DNA of 32,000 bases. It comes from Halogeometricum borinquense DSM 11551. Its GTDB lineage: Archaea; Halobacteriota; Halobacteria; Halobacteriales; Haloferacaceae. The translations under genes and the position numbers were made by a program. Each line of letters starts with the position of its first letter. Position 1 is the stretch's first letter. The notes below the pieces were generated by a model, which did no database searches, was not told the DNA's origin, and saw only the letters and a program-made list of their open reading frames with translations. This document shows positions 26,416 through 32,000 of the stretch, piece after piece. The stretch covers positions 330,001 through 362,000 of the forward strand of contig NC_014735.1 of assembly GCF_000172995.2 (NCBI RefSeq), read 5' to 3'.

Positions 26416-26450
26416 AAGGCACACATCATAGTCCATCCTCCGAGGTTGTG
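26416..26450. repeat. right arm of the imperfect inverted repeat of about 34 bp
   Basis: CCATCCTCCGAGGTTGTG (26433-26450) is the reverse complement of 25095-25112 with one mismatch. The inner extension aligns with one indel and a few mismatches. Confidence 0.65.
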
Positions 26451-26649
26451 GTGATCCGTATGTTGATCCGTTCGGTGAAGACGTGACAGGTGGTTCCCGC
26501 GAAGACGTTGATCGAGACTATGAGTTCTTTACTAAGGGGTAACTGCTTAAGTGACTTTATTTCAAGAGCTTATTTCTTGAGACCACTAATCACTACGGCT
26601 GCAAGCTGCAGGGAAAGAAATATTGTGATATAGATAGAATTTCTACAAT

Positions 26650-26871
26650 ATGGAGACAGGTAATCCGCGCTCAAGAAAGGGACTCCACTTTATTTTCGTC
26701 TTCGTAGTTCTTGTATTTCTGCTGCTAGCCACTAGAGGCGTTATGGGGGGAGTATATGAATATATTTCTAATATAAGCTGGGTGGCTGGCATCTTATTTC
26801 TCATACTTGCAAGTATAATCCCTATTTGGCTTGTTCTCCGATACGCTGATAATGAAATGAAGGATAGCTAG
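26650..26871 (+). CDS. small two-TM membrane protein (73 aa), hypothetical
   Basis: METGNPRSRKGLHFIFVFVVLVFLLLAT...WVAGILFLILASIIPIWLVL lies in a very AT-rich context, preceded by A/T-rich promoter-like sequence. No family recognised. It could be spurious. Confidence 0.4.
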   Translation: METGNPRSRKGLHFIFVFVVLVFLLLATRGVMGGVYEYISNISWVAGILFLILASIIPIWLVLRYADNEMKDS

Positions 26872-27364
26872 TGAACTCATCCCCAGAATATGAAGACGCA
26901 CAACCTCGGAAGATGGGGCTATTTTCGCGTGTTTTCGGGACTTATCGTGGTTCGGCGGATCACATCGGAACTGTATCAACGATCTCTCGGTGAGGTATCA
27001 TCGAATACGTGAAATCAGCCTAAAATTCGACCACACAAAAAGTGTCGCCACTCACGGTGGGCGGCCCGAATCGGCATTAAGCGTTAATCCAGCGGGATCA
27101 GTGCTGAGCAGACCAACTCGACGCACTCACAAATTATATGTAATTTCCACCGGGTTTTTATTTATAGAATGTAGTAATAAAATTTAGAGACGGAGTGTGG
27201 TTCAGACGATTGGTGTTCTTTCTATCCCAGTTCTTGCTGGATGTTTATCTAACAATTCCAGAAGTCTAAGAATCTTAATGATAAAACCATTCTGAGAGAG
27301 TAATCCAGTCCAATTAACCAGTACATTTGGCGCTCGGAGAGAGGGGTGTCATATAATCCGACAT

Positions 27365-27805
27365 TTAACTCAGGAGGCAAAATGACGATGCAGAGGACTT
27401 CTGGCCCCCGAATACGACAATGAGTTCAGGCGTAGAACTGAATAACGAAATCGTGCTACCAAATTGCATCGCGTGCGAGCCCTGCTCAACGTAGACAGAG
27501 GCTGATTCAACGGCGACCTCTTGCCCATTTTCGTCCATCGTCTCGATGACCTCGCGTTCGGAACTATGAACCCGCTTCGGGATGAGATAGTTCACATCAA
27601 GGGTCGAACGCGTCTGAAACACGACTTTCGAGTCAAACTCTCGGTCGCACAGCACCCTCCCGATGGGCACGCGCTCACGAGCGCGTTGAAGCTGAAGCCT
27701 GAGATCGGTGAGTACAGTACAGCAATCTGTTCCTTCACGGGGGTGCTTGCGGAGTTCAAGCGCTGTGACAAATACGTCGGTCAATCGGCGGCCACATTGT
27801 TCCAT
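27365..27805 (-). pseudogene. IS4/ISH3-like DDE transposase fragment
   Basis: ...RVLCDREFDSKVVFQTRSTLDVNYLIPKRVHSSEREVIETMDENGQEVAVESASVYVEQGSHAMQF resembles the central DREF-containing region of haloarchaeal IS4/ISH3-type transposases. The N-terminal and C-terminal parts are missing or frameshifted. The family call is from memory. Confidence 0.5.
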
Positions 27806-27933
27806 CAGTTCGCCTTATTTATACACAATCAACAGTGCTGAGGGCTCTTCCTTTGCATATCTCTCAGATTGGATGTGAAACCTACTCTCTGAGGAAACGT
27901 TTCGGCCTACCAAAACCGGAAGCACTATTAACC

Positions 27934-27949
27934 TTTAGGCTGGCCTAAA
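27934..27949. promoter_or_regulatory. perfect palindrome between a TATA-like box and the start of the binding-protein gene (candidate metal-regulator operator)
   Basis: The palindrome is TTTAGGC-TG-GCCTAAA, with 7-bp arms, ending 5 nt before ATG 27954. ACTATTAA at about 27923-27930 is in TATA position for a leaderless mRNA. The arms resemble the TTAGG...CCTAA ends of DtxR/IdeR iron boxes. Confidence 0.45.
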
Positions 27950-27953
27950 TCGT

Positions 27954-29177
27954 ATGACAGGAGATTCCAGTCAACACGAGGCACTGACGCGCAGAGACTA
28001 CATGAAGTACGGCGGGGCAGTCGTCGGCGGGGGACTACTCGCTGGCTGTTCAAGTCAGTCAAGCACTGAATCGGCACCAACCGATACAAGCGGGGCCGAA
28101 CCAACCGCGAGTGCAACTGGCACCCCCGCCGAGTCGTACGAAGCCTGCATCGAGCCCGTGGGGTGTCAGACCTTCGAGGAAGTCCCAGAGACGTACATGG
28201 TCAACAACGGTGAGTGGGCGGACATGGCCTTCGCACTGGGTCAACGCGACGGGTTCCTGACCTCGGCCTACATGATTCCCGGATTTCTCTTCGAGCCGTT
28301 CGGACTCGATGTCCCACCGCTCTCGGAGACGGAGTCGTTGTCGCAGACGAACTGGGACAAGGAGATCTTCTACGAGCAGGATCCCGACGTGATTCTGATG
28401 GACCCGAACTACATGCACAAGACTGGTTGGGACAAGTCGTGGGACAAGTCCGACACCAACGAGATCAGCGAGAACGTCGCCCCATTCTTCGGCAACAACA
28501 TCCTCCGCCGCCGCGACTGGCACGACTACAAACTCTACTCGATGTACGAGGCGTTAGAACGGCTCGCAGAGCTGTTCCAGGAGCGCGAGCGGTACGAGGC
28601 ACTCGCCGAGGTTCACGCCTCGGTACAAGACGAGATTCAATCCCGGCTCCCGCCCGCTGACGAACGGCCGGAAATCGCACTGATCAACAGCGCGTCGAAC
28701 CCGAACGAAGGGACGTTTTATCCGATGCGGACACAGGACGAGGGCGTCGAGCTGAAGCCGTATCGGGACCTCGACATCCGGAGTGCGTTCACCGCAGACC
28801 ACATCGAGGCAGGGACTATCGACTACGAAACACTGCTCGAAGTGGATCCAGAGATTCTCGTCGTCCACTGGGGAATCAGCACGACGGGCGATCAGGACAC
28901 GTTCTCACCGAAAGCGTTCCGCGAGCAGTTCGTGACGCCGTTCGAAGAAGACCCCACCGGGAGCCAACTCACCGCTGTCCAGGAGGGCAACGTGTACCCA
29001 GGTGCGTTCGGTTCCCAGGGGCCGCTGGTGAACCTCCTTCAAACCGAACTGGTCGCCCAACAGCTGTATCCTGAGGAGTTCGGCGCGTTCGACGCCGAGA
29101 CGTTCCCCGAGGTGCCCGCAGAACAGCAACTGTTCGACCGACAGCGAGTCTCGGACATCATCAACGGCGACATCTAA
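27954..29177 (+). CDS. ABC transporter substrate-binding lipoprotein (iron-siderophore/cobalamin-type periplasmic binding protein), Tat-exported
   Basis: It has a twin-arginine signal TRRDYMKYGGAVVGGGLLAGCSS with a lipobox LAGC, then a Ser/Thr/Glu-rich linker. The body has DPDVILMDPNYM and EVDPEILVVHWG, which are typical of cluster-A binding proteins. Confidence 0.8.
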   Translation: MTGDSSQHEALTRRDYMKYGGAVVGGGLLAGCSSQSSTESAPTDTSGAEPTASATGTPAESYEACIEPVGCQTFEEVPETYMVNNGEWADMAFALGQRDGFLTSAYMIPGFLFEPFGLDVPPLSETESLSQTNWDKEIFYEQDPDVILMDPNYMHKTGWDKSWDKSDTNEISENVAPFFGNNILRRRDWHDYKLYSMYEALERLAELFQERERYEALAEVHASVQDEIQSRLPPADERPEIALINSASNPNEGTFYPMRTQDEGVELKPYRDLDIRSAFTADHIEAGTIDYETLLEVDPEILVVHWGISTTGDQDTFSPKAFREQFVTPFEEDPTGSQLTAVQEGNVYPGAFGSQGPLVNLLQTELVAQQLYPEEFGAFDAETFPEVPAEQQLFDRQRVSDIINGDI

Positions 29178-29610
29178 CTCGTACCTCGGCTGGTCATCGT
29201 GGGTTGACACGGCACCGAAACGTAGTGGTAATTTGAATTCCGAGCAGGGACGCGGTGAAGAATGCGATAAATGGGCCGAGATAGAACACGAGTCCAAGGG
29301 CTTGACGCTACTGAGAATTTCGTGAACTCGTCGTGAAATGTGTCGTTCATACGATTAAGCGTGCCGTGAAACACTGAAACCAACCATCGTATGGAGATTC
29401 ACCAGAGTTACATTCTTCTCCAAAGTTCCGCCAATAGATAACTCCAGTATGCTACTCCGACGCCGTCCGCGAGCAATGACAACATTATAGTCAAACATAC
29501 AGAAATATGATGGTAGAGTAACACGTGTGTCTCAATGAGTTCGAATAGGACCGACCTAGCTGCGGCCGAAGAGCGATCATCAACTAATTGCGCAGTGTAG
29601 CACTGACTTA

Positions 29611-30510
29611 ATGTATCCACCCCAGACCGTTCTCCAATCGGTGTCGAGTCGGCTTCCACTGACTAGTAAACAGTTCTGGACGAAAGTACAGAGCCCTCGC
29701 TACTGGATGTATGGGCTCTTTTTGTGCGGCCTCGGCGTGGCACAGATGCTGGGAATCGGTGCGTCCCCCAACTACGATCCTGGCTCCGAACACGGATTCG
29801 TCATCATCCAAAGTAATATCGCGTACTTCGGAAGTCTCATCGCAATCTTCGCTGGATACGCCTCTGTTACGAGCGATCAAGCGAGTGGACGAATACGACT
29901 GCTACTGAAACTCCCGTACGCCCGCTGGAGGTACGTTTTTGAGAAGTATCTCGGCGAAGGACTCGCACTCGGTACGTTTACCGCGCTCGCAATTCTCGGC
30001 GGACTCACAGTTTCGGCGACTATCTATGGCCAGCCACCGGTTTTGACAGCAGTCACTGTCCCGCTGTTATCGATCGGCTATCTGTTCGTTTGGCTCTCGT
30101 TTGCGGTGGCCACCTCAGTGGTCGCTAAAACTGGCCGTCAGGCGATTACCGTCGTTATCTCTGTATACTTACTGCCGATGGCTTGGACGTTAGTAACGCC
30201 AGCTGTAAGCTGGCTGGTTGGAGATGATCCCGCCCTCTTTCTGTTCGTAGAGCGACTGCTTCCGATGAACGCGTACTTTGCCGCGACTAATTGGGCGATC
30301 GGTGTCCCAAACTCACATGGTCCCGCGAGAGACGTATTAACAAAGGTTCTTACCGATATTCCGCGGCCAACGACGATTATCGTATCTGAGCTTTTTGAGT
30401 CAGTTCCATGGTTTCTCTCAGGATGGGTATCGGTTCTCGTACTTGTAATATGGGGACTCGTTCCAATGCTACTGGCTTGTCGGCGGTTTGCGACTGCCGA
30501 TATCGCCTAG
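29611..30510 (+). CDS. ABC-2 type transporter permease (NosY-like)
   Basis: It has six predicted TM segments. The N-terminal LTSKQFWTKVQSPRYW and the motif DQASGRIRLLLKLPYARWRYVFEKYLG match the E..sGtlelLLs.P.sR...l.gK pattern of ABC-2 permeases. Confidence 0.7.
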   Translation: MYPPQTVLQSVSSRLPLTSKQFWTKVQSPRYWMYGLFLCGLGVAQMLGIGASPNYDPGSEHGFVIIQSNIAYFGSLIAIFAGYASVTSDQASGRIRLLLKLPYARWRYVFEKYLGEGLALGTFTALAILGGLTVSATIYGQPPVLTAVTVPLLSIGYLFVWLSFAVATSVVAKTGRQAITVVISVYLLPMAWTLVTPAVSWLVGDDPALFLFVERLLPMNAYFAATNWAIGVPNSHGPARDVLTKVLTDIPRPTTIIVSELFESVPWFLSGWVSVLVLVIWGLVPMLLACRRFATADIA

Positions 30511-30676
30511 TTCGACTCAACTTGCGGGATGGCCTTCTGTGTCTCAAGGTACGCTCGCATATTGGAATATCAACATGTAGTATGATCGCGGGCGTGCGAG
30601 ATTCCACATCTGGTGGCAACAATTAGTGAATCATCTCAGAGACAAGTCAAGGGAAATCTAAGCGGTCCCGTATCCA

Positions 30677-30697
30677 GCACATCGCTCCGCGATGTGC
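30677..30697. terminator. strong hairpin in the convergent intergenic region
   Basis: GCACATCGC-TCC-GCGATGTGC has a 9-bp perfect stem and a 3-nt loop. A TTATTTTCT tract lies about 20 nt downstream on the plus strand. It sits between the convergent permease and beta-propeller genes. Confidence 0.3.
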
Positions 30698-30809
30698 GAG
30701 ACCCCGAGGCACTCACCTTATTTTCTGTAGATGGAGTCTTGAAGCCGAGATACGTATCGAAATCGTGTTCCTAGCAGTCGGTCAAACTCATAGATTTACT
30801 CACTAATAG

Positions 30810-32000
30810 CTAGTTCGATACCCGGAGAAGGTGGGAATTGCTAACAAAGTAGAGTTCTTCCCCACGAATCGAGGGGACACCACCAGATACTGGTTCGGTA
30901 TCAAGCGGGAGCGACCACTGGATATCTCCGGTTTCAACATCAAACGCGTATAACGTCTCGTCACCCAGCGAGAACCGTGTATCGTCGGCGACAACTGGTG
31001 GCCGTTGTCGGAGATCAGCTTCGAGTTGTTTTATATACTTCTTGCTGCCGTCAACCGCGTCGAACGCCGCAACGACGCCATCCGCAGATTGCACGTGGAG
31101 CGTTCCGTCGCTAATAGCGGTGTAATGGCTCCCACGTTCCGACAGTGGGATAGATGCTTGCCACTGTGAGGCTCCATCGTCCAACGAAAGCGCGTATAGA
31201 TCCTCCCCTTTTGCGGAGTAGTACAGATGATTGTCGCCGACTGCGAGCGGAGCGGAACTCTCCGGGAGATCGGCCTGCCGCCACACCTCCTCACCGGATT
31301 TCGGATCAAAGGCGGCGGCACCTGTCTCGGTTGCTGTATATGCGGTGCCGTCGCGGGTGACAGGTGGGACTAGGGAATCATCGACGCCGTACTGCCAACG
31401 TTTCTCACCAGTTGCAGGGTCGCGGCCGTTAACAGTACTTGTGGTGTAATCAAGGAGAGTTCCCTCAGCGAGTATGGGTGCGTTCTCTGCACCACCGGAG
31501 CCACCGTCGTCTGCTCGCCAGCAGAGTTTACCGTTCCGTACATCGTAGGCGGCAACGAATTCGGCTGTTGAGACGAAGACTGCGTTTCCGGCAATCGTCG
31601 GCGTCGATTTCCCTAATTTGTAGTCAACTGTCCACGACCCGCTTGAAGAGTCGAGCGTGAAAGATCGATACTCGCCATCTTCGCTACTCCCGCCGCTGTA
31701 ACCGACGATACCACGACCATCGATGAGTGTGACCGCCGTTCCGAATGCCGCGTTATCGAGTTCGACGACACGCGAGAGTGTTGCGTCACTCGACGGACCG
31801 CTATCTGTTGTAAAGCCCGTGTTCGCGAAGTCGTGTTGATAGGTTGGCCATGCTCCGGTAACGTCACCGAAAGGGGCATCCTGATTGTACACACGGTGAC
31901 TTCCATCGATGATGTCACCGATACATCCTGTGAGGGAGGTCAGTGTAGCCGCTCCGGTCGCTGCAAGGACTTTGCGTCGGGTCTGTTTTCGCGGGGACAT
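30810..32000 (-). CDS. PQQ-like beta-propeller repeat lipoprotein, Tat-exported
   Basis: It has the Tat motif QTRRKVLAATGAATLTSLTGC with a lipobox. Repeated (A/V)xxGxLY(A/F)(L/V)D..(T/D)G...W blades are present (LYALSLDDGASQW, LYAFDVETGDIQW, VAAYDVRNGKLCW, GRDPATGEKRW). The ATG is exactly at the window edge. Confidence 0.8.
   Translation of the reverse strand: MSPRKQTRRKVLAATGAATLTSLTGCIGDIIDGSHRVYNQDAPFGDVTGAWPTYQHDFANTGFTTDSGPSSDATLSRVVELDNAAFGTAVTLIDGRGIVGYSGGSSEDGEYRSFTLDSSSGSWTVDYKLGKSTPTIAGNAVFVSTAEFVAAYDVRNGKLCWRADDGGSGGAENAPILAEGTLLDYTTSTVNGRDPATGEKRWQYGVDDSLVPPVTRDGTAYTATETGAAAFDPKSGEEVWRQADLPESSAPLAVGDNHLYYSAKGEDLYALSLDDGASQWQASIPLSERGSHYTAISDGTLHVQSADGVVAAFDAVDGSKKYIKQLEADLRQRPPVVADDTRFSLGDETLYAFDVETGDIQWSLPLDTEPVSGGVPSIRGEELYFVSNSHLLRVSN

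Noticed and set aside
26190-26420. Extremely AT-rich stretch as a possible replication origin
   Set aside because: I found no ORB-like repeats and no adjacent orc1/cdc6 gene. It is more simply promoter or junk DNA within the accessory patch.
29174-29659. Minus-strand ORFs of 69, 83 and 130 aa between the binding protein and the permease
   Set aside because: They overlap neighbouring genes or have implausible composition. At most they are fragments of a decayed gene, as noted in the findings.

Overview
This is a haloarchaeal-type window: high GC, very acidic predicted proteins, and many GC-driven shadow ORFs. I recognised no rRNA, tRNA or CRISPR array.

Gene content from left to right:
- **Gas-vesicle locus (1-3937).** A partial gvpD, missing from the ORF track, lies divergent from gvpA-gvpC-gvpN-gvpO. 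The shared promoter carries a near-consensus GvpE activator site. gvpC is split by a one-base frameshift at a G5 run.
- **C1 metabolism and signalling (4135-12294).** Formate-tetrahydrofolate ligase, a membrane histidine kinase convergent with a receiver-PAS3 protein, and a 1098-aa fused Cys-type formate dehydrogenase alpha subunit.
- **Small proteins and metal homeostasis (12635-18065).** Two small proteins, serine acetyltransferase, a P-type cation ATPase with a repeat-rich leader, and a DUF211/VIT pair.
- **Integrase and biotin operon (18181-23691).** A tyrosine integrase precedes a tight bioB-X-bioF-bioD operon. The operon has no bioA. X is a Rossmann-fold oxidoreductase and a candidate BioU-like replacement for BioA. 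A BirA-operator-like inverted repeat spans the bioB start codon.
- **CPBP protease (23837-24655).**
- **AT-rich accessory patch (about 24660-27950).** It holds an internally deleted IS6-family element, an IS4/ISH3-like transposase fragment and small membrane ORFs. A 113-bp insertion made of four consecutive stem-loops interrupts the IS6 transposase remnant. A roughly 34-bp imperfect inverted-repeat pair brackets 1.36 kb of the patch.
- **Right end (27954-32000).** An orphan Tat-lipoprotein ABC substrate-binding protein preceded by an iron-box-like palindrome, an orphan ABC-2 permease, and a Tat-lipoprotein PQQ-like beta-propeller protein.

The most interesting items are the BioU-like gene with its operator, the four-hairpin miniature insertion, and the gvpC frameshift.
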